This document shows, piece after piece, positions 54,855 through 64,000 of a DNA stretch of 64,000 nucleotides. A program made the translations under genes and the position numbers. The stretch spans positions 160,001 to 224,000 of the forward strand of contig CBDAOI010000004.1 in NCBI GenBank assembly GCA_965198005.1. The letters are read 5' to 3'. Below the pieces are notes generated by a model that did no database searches, had not been told where the DNA came from, and was given only the letters and a program-made list of their open reading frames with translations. This DNA is from Spirochaetia bacterium (GTDB lineage Bacteria > Spirochaetota > Spirochaetia > SZUA-6 > Bin103). Within the stretch, counting starts at the first letter, position 1. The number at the start of each line of letters is the position of its first letter.

Positions 54855-56075
54855 ATGGCCGAGGTCAAGCCGATCCGAACGGAGTCGGACTACGTAGCCG
54901 CGCTGGCCCGAGTCGACGAGCTGATGGATGCCGAGGTGGGAAGCCCGGAAGGGGAAGAGCTGGATGTTCTGGTCGACCTGGTCGAGCTGTATGAGAGCAA
55001 GCACGTGCCGATTGACTACCCCAGCCCCATCGCCGCGATCGAGTTCCGCATGGACCAGGCGGGTCTGGCGCCGCGCGATCTGGTCCCGTTCATCGGCAGC
55101 CGCGCCAAGGTGTCGGAAGTCCTGTCCGGCAAGCGCGCAATCACCATCCAAATGGCGCGTGCGCTCCATGAGCATCTGGGGATCTCCGCGGAGGTGCTGC
55201 TGCAGAGGCCGGGGTCAACTGCCGATCAGCGGCTGGACCAGATCCAGTGGAGCCGGTTCCCCCTCAAGGAGATGGCCAAGCGGAAGTGGATTCCGGACGT
55301 CCCTGACTTGGCGCAACGGGCGGAGGATCTGATCCGCGATCTGATCGACCGTGCCGGCGGTTGGCAGGTCGCCCGAGCCGCCTTGTACCGCAAGAACGAC
55401 CACCTGCGTACGAACGCCAAGACCGACCCTTATGCACTTGACGCTTGGTGCTGGCAGGTGCTGGCGACGGCCAACGGCAACCCGTCCGAGGCCGCGTACG
55501 CCCCCGGCACCGTCACGTTGGGGTTTCTCAGGCACGTAGCCCGGTTGAGTTGGCTGGAGGACGGCCCGCTTGTCGCCCAGCAGTTACTAGCGCAGCACGG
55601 GATCCCGTTGGTCATTGAGAGCCATCTGCCCCGTACCTGTCTCGACGGAGCCGCGCTCCGCCTCGGCGACGGCCGGCCGGTGGTCGCGCTCACCCTCCGC
55701 TACGACCGAATCGACAGTTTCTGGTTCTGCCTGCTCCACGAGCTGGCGCACGTAGGCCGCCACTTGGGCCAAGACACCGGAACCGCGTTCGTAGATGACC
55801 TTTCTCTCCGCAGACCGGAACGGGGATTGGAAGACGAGCGCGAAGCAGAAGCCGACGCATGGGCAGCCGAAGCGCTCATCCCCGGCGCGGAGTGGGAAAC
55901 CAGCCCGGTACGGACGAACCCGACCCCCTTGGGCGTCATGAGTCTCGCCCACCACCTGCAGGTGCACCCCGCCACGGTCGCGGGCCGGATCCGGTTCGAA
56001 CGCCAGGACTATCGCCTGCTCTCCCAATTCGTCGGCACCGGCAAGGTCCGCCAGCATTTCGGCCGAACCCGATGA
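54855..56075 (+). CDS. HigA-like HTH antitoxin fused to an ImmA/IrrE metallopeptidase
   Basis: KPIRTESDY..YE..IGSRAKVSEVLSGKR; FWFCLLHELAH. Confidence 0.88.
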   Translation: MAEVKPIRTESDYVAALARVDELMDAEVGSPEGEELDVLVDLVELYESKHVPIDYPSPIAAIEFRMDQAGLAPRDLVPFIGSRAKVSEVLSGKRAITIQMARALHEHLGISAEVLLQRPGSTADQRLDQIQWSRFPLKEMAKRKWIPDVPDLAQRAEDLIRDLIDRAGGWQVARAALYRKNDHLRTNAKTDPYALDAWCWQVLATANGNPSEAAYAPGTVTLGFLRHVARLSWLEDGPLVAQQLLAQHGIPLVIESHLPRTCLDGAALRLGDGRPVVALTLRYDRIDSFWFCLLHELAHVGRHLGQDTGTAFVDDLSLRRPERGLEDEREAEADAWAAEALIPGAEWETSPVRTNPTPLGVMSLAHHLQVHPATVAGRIRFERQDYRLLSQFVGTGKVRQHFGRTR

Positions 56076-56122
56076 ACCGCACGCGTGTCCGCTTCGAGCC
56101 ATGATCCCATCAATCTGAAGGC

Positions 56123-56240
56123 ATGAACCGTATGAAGGACAAACTAATCAAGCTATTCATGTGGGGTTATCAGCCACATTTTCGTCTCCACTATGAAATC
56201 TGTATGAACAATTCAAGAGGAGCCGATGGACGTTGGTGAG
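56123..56240 (+). pseudogene. N-terminal remnant, possibly of a diadenylate-cyclase (DisA_N) sensor protein
   Basis: IKLFMWGYQPHFR in an AT-rich patch; family assignment from memory. Confidence 0.45.
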
Positions 56241-56504
56241 ATTAGGAGAGAATGGAGAGTATTCTCTTCAGATCCCGGCCTCAACGACAGCTACTTTGAG
56301 AACGAGGCGACTGGCGATGACATCTCGTAGCATGTGGATGGCATAGCGCGCTCTCTGTCGCGATACGCTCGAAGGAGCCGAGTGCGTAGTCACAGTCAGC
56401 CTACTGATTTGCTGCTTGGTCCCGTAAGCTGCTTCATCTGTGCTGACTACTCGCAGATCAGGTTCTGCGTCGCGGCGGTAGCGCGGATGGTGCTATGAGG
56501 TGGC

Positions 56505-57569
56505 TTGGTGTACGGTCAGTGCCGCGCATCATGCTGTCACGACAAGCCCCGACGGCTATACTCCGTGGTCGTGCGCCACTCCTGTCCGCTCGATCCGTTT
56601 GTCCCCGAGTCGCTTCGCTGTCTGTCGGATCCGGCACGCGATCTTCCGCGCTTGGCGAAGAGCCGGTCGGCGGTTGCGGCGATCGAGGCTGCCGTGGTCG
56701 AGGTTCCCACGCGGCACCGGCTACTGCTCGGCGACGCCCGGCGCGCGTCTCTGCCCGCCGGGTCGGTCCAGCTCGTGGTCACCTCGCCGCCGTACTGGAT
56801 TCTCAAGGAGTACCGCCAGGCCGACGGCCAGTTGGGGTGGATCGAGGACTATGAGGAGTTTCTCAGTCAGCTCGACCAGGTGTGGCGCATGTGCTACACG
56901 GCACTGGTGCCGGGGGGACGGCTCGTATGCGTTGTCGGCGATGTTTGCCTTGCGCGGCGCAAGAACCGCGGCAAGCACACGGTCGTGCCGTTGCACGCTT
57001 CGATTCAGGAGCACTGCCGGGAGATTGGCTTCGACAACCTGGCGCCGATCATATGGAGCAAGATCGCCAACGCGGCCTACGAGGTAGAGCGCGGCACCGG
57101 TGGGTTCCTGGGCAAGCCCTATGAGCCCAACGCCGTAATCAAGAACGACGTCGAATTCATCCTGATGCAGCGGAAAGGAGGCGGCTACCGAAAGCCCGGC
57201 CTTGCTGCAAGGATACTCAGTCTGCTATCGGAGCCCTCCTTCAAGCGGTTCTTTCAACAGATCTGGACCGACATCCCGGGTGAGTCGACCCGCGACCACC
57301 CGGCCCCCTATCCGGTTGCCCTGGCGGACCGGCTGATCCGGATGTTCAGTTTCGTCGGGGATACGGTGCTCGATCCGTTCAACGGAACAGCGACCACTCA
57401 GGTCGCGGCTGCGGCGTGTGGCAGAAACAGCATCGGCATCGAGGTAGACCCCGTATACTTCGCAGATGGGCTCGACCGTCTACGCCGCGAAAGCGGCGGT
57501 CTTCTGAGCACGGCCCAAGTGTCCACCGGCGAGGTGGGCACCCGTAGCGGCCTCCCCGCCACGGCGTAA
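56505..57569 (+). CDS. Beta-class N4C/N6A DNA methyltransferase
   Basis: VTSPPYW precedes HPAPYP and VLDPFNGTATT. Confidence 0.9.
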   Translation: MVYGQCRASCCHDKPRRLYSVVVRHSCPLDPFVPESLRCLSDPARDLPRLAKSRSAVAAIEAAVVEVPTRHRLLLGDARRASLPAGSVQLVVTSPPYWILKEYRQADGQLGWIEDYEEFLSQLDQVWRMCYTALVPGGRLVCVVGDVCLARRKNRGKHTVVPLHASIQEHCREIGFDNLAPIIWSKIANAAYEVERGTGGFLGKPYEPNAVIKNDVEFILMQRKGGGYRKPGLAARILSLLSEPSFKRFFQQIWTDIPGESTRDHPAPYPVALADRLIRMFSFVGDTVLDPFNGTATTQVAAAACGRNSIGIEVDPVYFADGLDRLRRESGGLLSTAQVSTGEVGTRSGLPATA

Positions 57570-57578
57570 GCCGGACGC

Positions 57579-57740
57579 ATGATCACTGCCCAGCAAGCAG
57601 TCGACCACCTGTACCGCGTCGCCGTCACGGAGAACAAGGCAACCTCGACGGCACGCCTCGACACGCTCGCCGAGTTCTGCGTGCAGGAACTGAGCCGGCG
57701 CGGCCTGATCGGAATCGAGCAGGAAGCTTCGATTCCAGAG
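57579..57740 (+). pseudogene. Truncated downstream gene, probably the cognate restriction endonuclease
   Basis: ATG 10 bp after the MTase; protein-like for ~54 aa, then runs into antisense sequence. Confidence 0.45.
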
Positions 57741-57829
57741 TCATCCCAGCCGGCGTCGAAGCCGTTCGTAGACATCTCCGCGGCGTGCGGCTCTACCGGA
57801 ATGCGGAGCGGTGGCGGAGGGTGGGGAGC

Positions 57830-58378
57830 AGGGCCTGCAGGTAGCAGGCCCACTGCGGGGTGGTCGGCCAGGACTCGCCGTACCGCGGCGTCGATGGCGG
57901 CGCGCAGGGGTGGGGGGGCGGTGGCGGGTATCTCGTGGCGGTCGAGCACCTGTGGGGCGGCGTGCGGGGTGATGAGGATGTCCACCCACAGGTCGCGCCA
58001 GTCGAAGCGATGGGCGGTGAGCGCCACCCGGTCGCAGACGTTGAAGTAGAGGGCGCGCGGCGCGGCGAGGTCGGGCGCCATCCAGGCGTACAGGTTGTAG
58101 GGGCGGTCTTCCCAGAACAGGCCGAAGGTCACCGTGCCGCGCGGCAGGTACAGGCCGCCGACATCGTAGGCGCGGTCGCTGACGAAGTGCAGCACGCCGT
58201 GGCGCGGGCGGAGCAGCAGCACGCGGGCGCGGAAGCGGTTGCGGCGCCCGTCGGGGTAGCGCTTCTCCTCGAGGCACAGGCGCGGGTAGCGGCGCACGGC
58301 GCGGCGCGGCGCGGCGGCAGCGGCGCGGCCGGCGCCGTACGCTTCCCCGCGTGGGGCGGCGCCGCCGATGCCGGTCAC
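57830..58378 (-). CDS. DUF402-like protein (3' end uncertain)
   Basis: WEDRPYNLY..YFNVCD..WRDLWVDIL..VLDRHE. Confidence 0.7.
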
Positions 58379-58833
58379 GGGCGCCACCGGTAGGCGGCGA
58401 GGTCGACGTGGCCGGCGCCGTCCACGGCCACCCCTTCGGCCCGCAGCAACGCGCGCTGGCGCTCCAGCCCGTTGCCCTGCGGCAGGCGAATGACGCCGCC
58501 CGCGCCGAGCACCCGATGCCACGGCAGACCGCGTCCGGCGTAGACCCGCAACGCCCAGGCCACCTGCCGCGCGGCGCGCGCGTTCCCCGCCTGCGCCGCC
58601 ACCTGGCCGTAGGTCGCAACCCGGCCGTGCGGGATCGCCGCCACCACGCGGGCGATGCGCGGCAGCAGACCTTCGCCGGGTACCGGTGCCGCCGGGTCGG
58701 CTCGTGCAGTTGCCAGCGCCTCCAGCGCCTCCAGCGCCGCCGGTGCCGCCGGGGACAAGAGTTGCGCTACTTCGTCCTCCGCCGCAGACCGCCGGACAGC
58801 GCCGCGCCGGGAGCGAAGCGTCGGTACGCTCAC
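58375..58833 (-). CDS. Alkyltransferase-like (ATL) protein, MGMT family
   Basis: IPHGRVATYGQVA..ARQV..PWHRV (Trp in place of the catalytic Cys). Confidence 0.85.
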   Translation of the reverse strand: MSVPTLRSRRGAVRRSAAEDEVAQLLSPAAPAALEALEALATARADPAAPVPGEGLLPRIARVVAAIPHGRVATYGQVAAQAGNARAARQVAWALRVYAGRGLPWHRVLGAGGVIRLPQGNGLERQRALLRAEGVAVDGAGHVDLAAYRWRP

Positions 58834-59900
58834 CAGCGCAGGGCGCCGTGGAACGCCACCGTGCCGGGCCGGCCGCGCTCGGCCGCCACGATCCGGCCCA
58901 CCGGGTAGCAGGCCACGCCAGCGGCGCCAGCCGCCGACCGCACTGCGTCCTCGGCGCCCGGCGCCACCACCGCCACCATCCCCACGCCGACGTTGAACAC
59001 GCGCAGCATCTCGGCGTCGGCCACGGCGCCGGCGGCGCGCAACACCGAGAAAATCTCCGGCATCTCGACGCGGGACCGATCGAGCTCCGCGCGCACCCCG
59101 GCGGGCAGCACCCGCCGCAGGTTGTCGCCGATGCCGCCGCCGGTGACGTGGGCCAGCCCGTGCAGCTCGGCGCGGCGTAGGCAGGGGCGCAGGGCGGTCA
59201 GGTAGCAGCGGTGCGGTTGCAGGAGCTGCTGCAGCACCGTCGTTGCCCCCAACCGGCGCCCGCCCAGGGCGGGGTCGTTCTGCAGCAACTGCCGCACCAG
59301 CGAGAACCCGTTGGTGTGGACGCCGTTCGAGGCCAGCGCCAGCACCGTGTCGCCGGCGGCGATCCTGCTGCCGTCGATCACCGCCGCCCGCTCCACCACC
59401 CCGACCACGCTCGCCACCAGGACGTAGGTGCCGCGTTCCAGCACGCCCGGCTGCTCGGAGGTTTCGCCGCCGGTGAGGCTGCACCCCTGGGCGCGGCACG
59501 CCGCCGCCAGCGCCGCCACCAGCGCGGTCACCACCTCCCGCTCCAGGTGGCCGCAGATCACGGCGTCCTGCACCGCCAGCGGCAGCGCCCCCATCACCAC
59601 GATGTCGTTGATCAGGTGGTGTACCAGATCGAAGCAGATCGAGCGCACGGCCCCGTGCGCCAGCGCCAGCTTCTGCTTGCTGCCCGGTTCCTCGGTCTTG
59701 AACACCAGCACCGGGTGGTCGTAGTCCGGGAAGGCGGCGTCGATCAGGGTGGCGAACGGCCCGACTCCGCTGAGGATGCGGGGGTCGCGCGGCGCCAGCA
59801 GGGCCGCCATCTCCCGCTTGGCGGCGTCCGCCGTGTCGATGTCCACCCCGGCGGCGGCATAGGTCGAGCTGCTGCCCGCGCGCACTGGGTTGCGTGCCAT
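58830..59900 (-). CDS. purM: Phosphoribosylformylglycinamidine cyclo-ligase
   Basis: YAAAGVDID, GGETSEQPG, SNGVHTNGFSLVR, HVTGGG, FNVGVG. Confidence 0.92.
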   Translation of the reverse strand: MARNPVRAGSSSTYAAAGVDIDTADAAKREMAALLAPRDPRILSGVGPFATLIDAAFPDYDHPVLVFKTEEPGSKQKLALAHGAVRSICFDLVHHLINDIVVMGALPLAVQDAVICGHLEREVVTALVAALAAACRAQGCSLTGGETSEQPGVLERGTYVLVASVVGVVERAAVIDGSRIAAGDTVLALASNGVHTNGFSLVRQLLQNDPALGGRRLGATTVLQQLLQPHRCYLTALRPCLRRAELHGLAHVTGGGIGDNLRRVLPAGVRAELDRSRVEMPEIFSVLRAAGAVADAEMLRVFNVGVGMVAVVAPGAEDAVRSAAGAAGVACYPVGRIVAAERGRPGTVAFHGALRW

Positions 59901-59905
59901 CGGCG

Positions 59906-60793
59906 TCAGCGGTCGGGTTGGTCCTTGATGCGCACCATGATGCGCCGGTGCGTAGTGTCGCGCCGCACGTCGAACGCATCGCCGCGGGCCGCGATCAGCC
60001 TGGACAGCTTCGACGCTCCGAAGCTGCGCGGGTCGAAGGCGGGGTCGAGCTTGGTCAAGTTGTTGGCGATCTTGCGCAGGTCGACCCACGCCGACTCCTG
60101 GTCCACCATCTCGTGCGCCTCGATGATGGTCGCGATCAGGTCCTGATCGTCCACCGCCGCGGGATCGACGCTTAAGCCGTCACTTGCGGTGCCGGCTCCG
60201 GTGCCGGCTCCGGTGCCGGAGCCATCGCCGGCCCCCGCTCCATCGCCGGCTCCCGCTCCATCGCCGGCGGTGCCAGCTCCATCGCCAGTCTCGCCGGGAC
60301 CCTCGCGCCGCCGCGTGCGCCGCCGGCGGCTGTCCCCCTGGTAGGTCTTCATGATGTTCTCGACGTAGCGAAACTCGTTGCAGGCATTGACGAACGGCTT
60401 GGGGGTGTGATTCTTGCCGATGCCGATAACCTCCATCCCCGCCTCGCGCAGGCGGATCGCCAGCTTGGTGTAGTCGCTGTCGCTGGACACGATCACGAAT
60501 CCTCCGACGTGATCGCTGTAGAGGATGTCCATGGCGTCGATGATCATGGCCGAGTCGGTCGCGTTCTTGCCGACCGTGTTGCGGAATTGCTGGACCGGCT
60601 GGATCGCGTGGACCGGCAGTTTCCTTTTCCATGATTCGAGCTGGTTCGTGGTCCAGTCGCCGTAGATCCGGCGGATGGTCACGACGCCGAACTTCACGAC
60701 TTCCTTCATGACGAATTCGATTTGCGTTGCCTGCGCGTTGTCGCCGTCGATCAGGACGGCAAGGCGGCGCTCGGCGCCGGTACTGGTGTTCAT
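59906..60793 (-). CDS. NYN domain protein with OST-HTH
   Basis: LIDGDN, GKNATD, VSSDSDY, FDPRSFG; GDGAGA linker repeats. Confidence 0.9.
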   Translation of the reverse strand: MNTSTGAERRLAVLIDGDNAQATQIEFVMKEVVKFGVVTIRRIYGDWTTNQLESWKRKLPVHAIQPVQQFRNTVGKNATDSAMIIDAMDILYSDHVGGFVIVSSDSDYTKLAIRLREAGMEVIGIGKNHTPKPFVNACNEFRYVENIMKTYQGDSRRRRTRRREGPGETGDGAGTAGDGAGAGDGAGAGDGSGTGAGTGAGTASDGLSVDPAAVDDQDLIATIIEAHEMVDQESAWVDLRKIANNLTKLDPAFDPRSFGASKLSRLIAARGDAFDVRRDTTHRRIMVRIKDQPDR

Positions 60794-60872
60794 AAGTTGT
60801 CCCCTCTCGGTAAGTGTACCCGGCGGCCGGGTGGCCGTGCACCGCGGCCGCTGCCGGGCGGCAGGGTTGTAT

Positions 60873-61649
60873 TCAGCCCTGGTCGGTCGCACCGCCCGGC
60901 CCGTCGCCGTGGCGGTTGATGATCTCGATCTGCACGGCTCCCGAAGCGCGTGCAATATACTTCGCGAATGCCGCCACCCGATAGCCGCGGTCGAGCAGCC
61001 GCCAGAGCCGGCGCACCGCCGCCGCGGGGGTGTCCGGCAGCGGCAGCAGGAACGGCTCACCGGTGAACGGCGGCAACGGCGTGCCGTCGCCATCATAGGT
61101 GGTGATGCAGTGGCCCCACCCCGGCCGCGCTCGGCGGTACGCGTAGTGCTGGAAGCTCACCTGCCGCGGGTCGTTGGCGGCCGTCTTGATGATCGCCAGC
61201 TCGTACCCGCCGCCGCCCGGCACCGTCACCATCCCGGCGATGCGCGGCGTATAGTGCGGGGGGTCGGGCTCCACGTCCCGGCGCGCGAAGGCCGCCGTGA
61301 ACGAAGTGCCGCGCGCCAGCCCGTCGGCGATGGTGGCGGTCTGGTCACCGTTGCCGACCACGTGCGCCGGCCCCACTACTACGGTCGCATCATACAGGAT
61401 GAGACGGGGGTCGATCTCCCCCGCGGGTGACGAAGGCGCTGCCGGCACCGCCGCCGGGTCCGCGACCACGACCCGGACCGAGCCGTCCTCCCGCAGCGCA
61501 AAGCGCCGTTGCTGACTGCCCGCGCTGCGGCCCATGATCCAGTAGAGCTGGACGCTGGATGCACCGTCGGCACTGCAGCCGATTACCAGCCCGCGGCCGG
61601 GGTACGCGGTATCCGCCAGCCAGCTCTGATCCTTCACGCCCGCCAGCAT
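60873..61649 (-). CDS. IMP cyclohydrolase-like protein
   Basis: YPGRG, YWIMGRS, VGNGDQT, EPDPPHYTPRI, TTYDGDG.PLPPF.GEP. Confidence 0.8.
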   Translation of the reverse strand: MLAGVKDQSWLADTAYPGRGLVIGCSADGASSVQLYWIMGRSAGSQQRRFALREDGSVRVVVADPAAVPAAPSSPAGEIDPRLILYDATVVVGPAHVVGNGDQTATIADGLARGTSFTAAFARRDVEPDPPHYTPRIAGMVTVPGGGGYELAIIKTAANDPRQVSFQHYAYRRARPGWGHCITTYDGDGTPLPPFTGEPFLLPLPDTPAAAVRRLWRLLDRGYRVAAFAKYIARASGAVQIEIINRHGDGPGGATDQG

Positions 61650-61849
61650 AGCACACGGCCCGGCCGCCGGCATCCGGCCGCCCCGCCGCCCCGCCGCCGT
61701 GGGCAGCCGTGGGCAGCCGTGGAACCGCCGAGCTTTACAGCGGATTCGCCGCCGGTTTACCGTCGCGCCGTGATCTCGTCCGCCAACCGACCGCGGCACG
61801 CGCCGCAGCAGCCGCCAGCGGCAACGCCGGCAGCGCGGCCCGTTCCGGC

Positions 61850-63337
61850 GTGAGCTCGAACTCGGCCGCACCGGCCTCCGCGCCCGTGCCCGCGCTGCCG
61901 CCCGTGCCCGCGCCGCCGACCGCCGACCGTGCGTACGCCGCCGCGGTCCGGCGCCTGCTCGGCCTGACCGACTTCAACGCCGCTGGCAGCGCCGCTCAGG
62001 CCGAGCGCCAGCGGTACCGGAAGCAGCGTATGCAGGCACTGCTGGAGCGCCTCGGCAACCCCCATCTTGCGGTCCCTGCGATCCACCTCGCGGGCACCAA
62101 CGGCAAGGGCTCGACCGCGGCCATGATCGCCTCGATTCTCAGCCATGCCGGACTCCGCGCGGGGTTGTTTACCTCGCCGCACCTGCACTCCTTCGTCGAA
62201 CGCATCCGCCTCGGGCTGCGACCGATCAGCCGGGGCGACTTCGCCACCCTGTTGGCGCAGGTGTGGCCCCAGGCGCAGGCGCTGGCACGCAGTTCGCACC
62301 TGCCGGGGGCGGCCGGCGCGGTCACCACGCTCGAGCTGCTCACCGCGATGGCATTCCAGTACTTCCGCGCGGCGGGCGCCCACTACCAGGTGATCGAGGT
62401 GTTCGTCGGCGGGCGCGACGACACCACCAACGTGGTACACCCCGCGCTGGCGGTGATCACCAACATCAGCCGCGACCACCTCCCGGTCCTGGGCAGGACG
62501 CTGCTGGACGTGGCGCGGGCCAAGGCCGGAATCATCAAACGCGGCGTGCCGGTGGTAGTCGCCCCGCAACGGCCGCTCGTGCGCAGGTGTCTGGCCGCCA
62601 CCGCGCGGGAGCAGGCGGCGCCGCTGATCGAGGTGCCGCGCCGTCCGCAGGCGGCGCTCCCGGCGAGCGACCCGATCATGCACCCTTGCCAGGACCTGAG
62701 TTGGCACGGCCGCCGCGGCCACTACCGCGTGGCGCTCCCGCTGCGCGGCCGCGTGCAGCGGGAAAACGCCGCGCTGGCGATAACCGCAGCCGAGTGCCTC
62801 ATGGACCACCCCGGCGGCGGCGGCATTACCCGTGCCGCGGTCCACGCCGGACTGGCAAACGTCTCCTGGCCCGCGAGATTCGAACTGCTGCAGCGCGCGC
62901 CGGTCACCGTAATTGCCGACGGCGCGCACTGCCCGCGCGCCATGCGCTGTCTGGTCAGCGACCTCAAGCGGCTGCAACCTGAACGGAGAATCGTCGCCCT
63001 GGTCGGCGCGCAACGCGGGCACGACGTAGTGCCCACGCTCCGCCTGCTGCACCCGCTGGTGAGCCGGATGATCGTGACACGGTCGCATCACCCGCGCGCC
63101 GTGCCGGCAACCGAGCTGGCTGCGGCGTTGCACACGGGAGGCGTGACGGCTCAGGCCACAACGCTGCCGACGGCCGCCGCCCTGCGCCGGCTGCTTGGGG
63201 ATATGTCTGCCGGGGACCTGGTGCTGGCCACCGGTTCATTGTCCGTGGCGGCCGAAGCGCGCGAGGCGCTGCAGCCCGAGATCGAAGCCGACTGGCGCTT
63301 GCCCGCCGCGGGCGGGCGGAACGCGCCGGTCAGGTGA
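61850..63337 (+). CDS. folC: Folylpolyglutamate synthase / dihydrofolate synthase
   Basis: HLAGTNGKGST, FTSPHL..ERI, DGAH, TGSL; start approximate. Confidence 0.9.
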   Translation: MSSNSAAPASAPVPALPPVPAPPTADRAYAAAVRRLLGLTDFNAAGSAAQAERQRYRKQRMQALLERLGNPHLAVPAIHLAGTNGKGSTAAMIASILSHAGLRAGLFTSPHLHSFVERIRLGLRPISRGDFATLLAQVWPQAQALARSSHLPGAAGAVTTLELLTAMAFQYFRAAGAHYQVIEVFVGGRDDTTNVVHPALAVITNISRDHLPVLGRTLLDVARAKAGIIKRGVPVVVAPQRPLVRRCLAATAREQAAPLIEVPRRPQAALPASDPIMHPCQDLSWHGRRGHYRVALPLRGRVQRENAALAITAAECLMDHPGGGGITRAAVHAGLANVSWPARFELLQRAPVTVIADGAHCPRAMRCLVSDLKRLQPERRIVALVGAQRGHDVVPTLRLLHPLVSRMIVTRSHHPRAVPATELAAALHTGGVTAQATTLPTAAALRRLLGDMSAGDLVLATGSLSVAAEAREALQPEIEADWRLPAAGGRNAPVR

Positions 63338-63512
63338 TGTCAGTGTCTCGTACGGTCTTCCGCTTGGCCTCGCGGGCGTTCTCCATCGCCTCGTCACACA
63401 CCGCGCGTACCTTGTCGGATAGTGCCTCCGCGACCGAGGCAGCAGTATTCATTCCACCCGCAGTCTTGATGTAGTCCTTGACTTTAGATGTAACGATCAG
63501 AATGTCTGCCAT
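63330..63512 (-). CDS. Bacterial histone-fold protein (Bd0055/HBb-like)
   Basis: 60 aa; LIVTSKVKDYIK..MNT..L..A..A..KRKTVRDTD (RKTVxxxD signature); RBS aaggag. Confidence 0.88.
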   Translation of the reverse strand: MADILIVTSKVKDYIKTAGGMNTAASVAEALSDKVRAVCDEAMENAREAKRKTVRDTDIT

Positions 63513-63585
63513 GCTAGCTCCTTTTGGAAGATTGGCCTTACTGTATCAAGAACCGCCAATCGCGTCAGTCCTCGCGTGCAGACTC

Positions 63586-63650
63586 AGCAATTCCTGATGG
63601 CCGAACCGGAGAGAAACTCCGTAACTTGTTTGATAACATATTGTTATGAA
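63586..63650 (-). mobile_element. Orphan IS end related to the ISNCY-like remnant
   Basis: cagcaattcc..gaaactccgtaacttgtttgataacatatt resembles the reverse complement of 16187-16235. Confidence 0.4.
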
Positions 63651-64000
63651 GCTCCTGATTCAAGCGCCGCCCGCCGATTATCCGGTCGCGACCATGGCGG
63701 CCGCGCGGCGGAGGCGCTCGCGGGCGCCCTGCGGCAGCAGGGCGAGTTGCGACACCTTGGCGCCGGCGAACAGCATCGCCCGCGGGCCGCGGCGCGGGGT
63801 GACCGTAGCGGCCATTGATCAGCAAGCCGCAGCTGCCGCAGATCCGCAGGTCCCTTATGGCAGTCGTGCGCCTGGAGCGCGCCGCAGCTACACGTGATGG
63901 GAGCGGCAGGATGGCGGCGCGGAAGGGGCGTGATCGGAATCGGCGGGCGCGAGCGAGCTCCCCGCCGGGTAACTGCCGATGTGGGGGGCAGCACGAAGTA

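Noticed and set aside
60185-60300. GDGAGA/GTGA repeats in NYN, and Ala-rich repeats at 51290-51430 and 41950-42240
   Set aside because: In-frame low-complexity linkers

Overview
High-GC bacterial DNA. The substrate-binding-protein signal peptides and a Bd0055/Leptospira-type histone suggest a spirochaete-like host (inference only). About 48 kb (1-48100) is a heavily rearranged accessory region and about 16 kb (48146-63512) is mostly housekeeping genes: phoR/phoB-like, GT2, htpG, trpS, purM, IMP cyclohydrolase-like, folC and a bacterial histone, interrupted by a decayed TA/restriction islet at 54750-57740. The accessory region holds (i) many TA modules and remnants; (ii) an IS110 whose left non-coding end folds like a bridge RNA and carries segments matching its own predicted circle junction; (iii) a tandem array of ~340-380-bp non-coding units joined by imperfect palindromes, with three junctions each holding a 1916-bp endonuclease-minus group II intron with unusual ends (GAGCG...CC), plus a fourth truncated intron in the opposite orientation at a junction whose core is flipped; (iv) a duplicated 1.6-kb IS-remnant/promoter module; and (v) at least five paralogous peptide/nickel-type ABC loci (SBP plus permeases, no ATPase) with many deleted, inverted or scrambled fragments. 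The strongest candidate for an undescribed system is the palindrome-junction array used as a repeated intron landing site. All calls were made by eye; no searches or folding programs were run.
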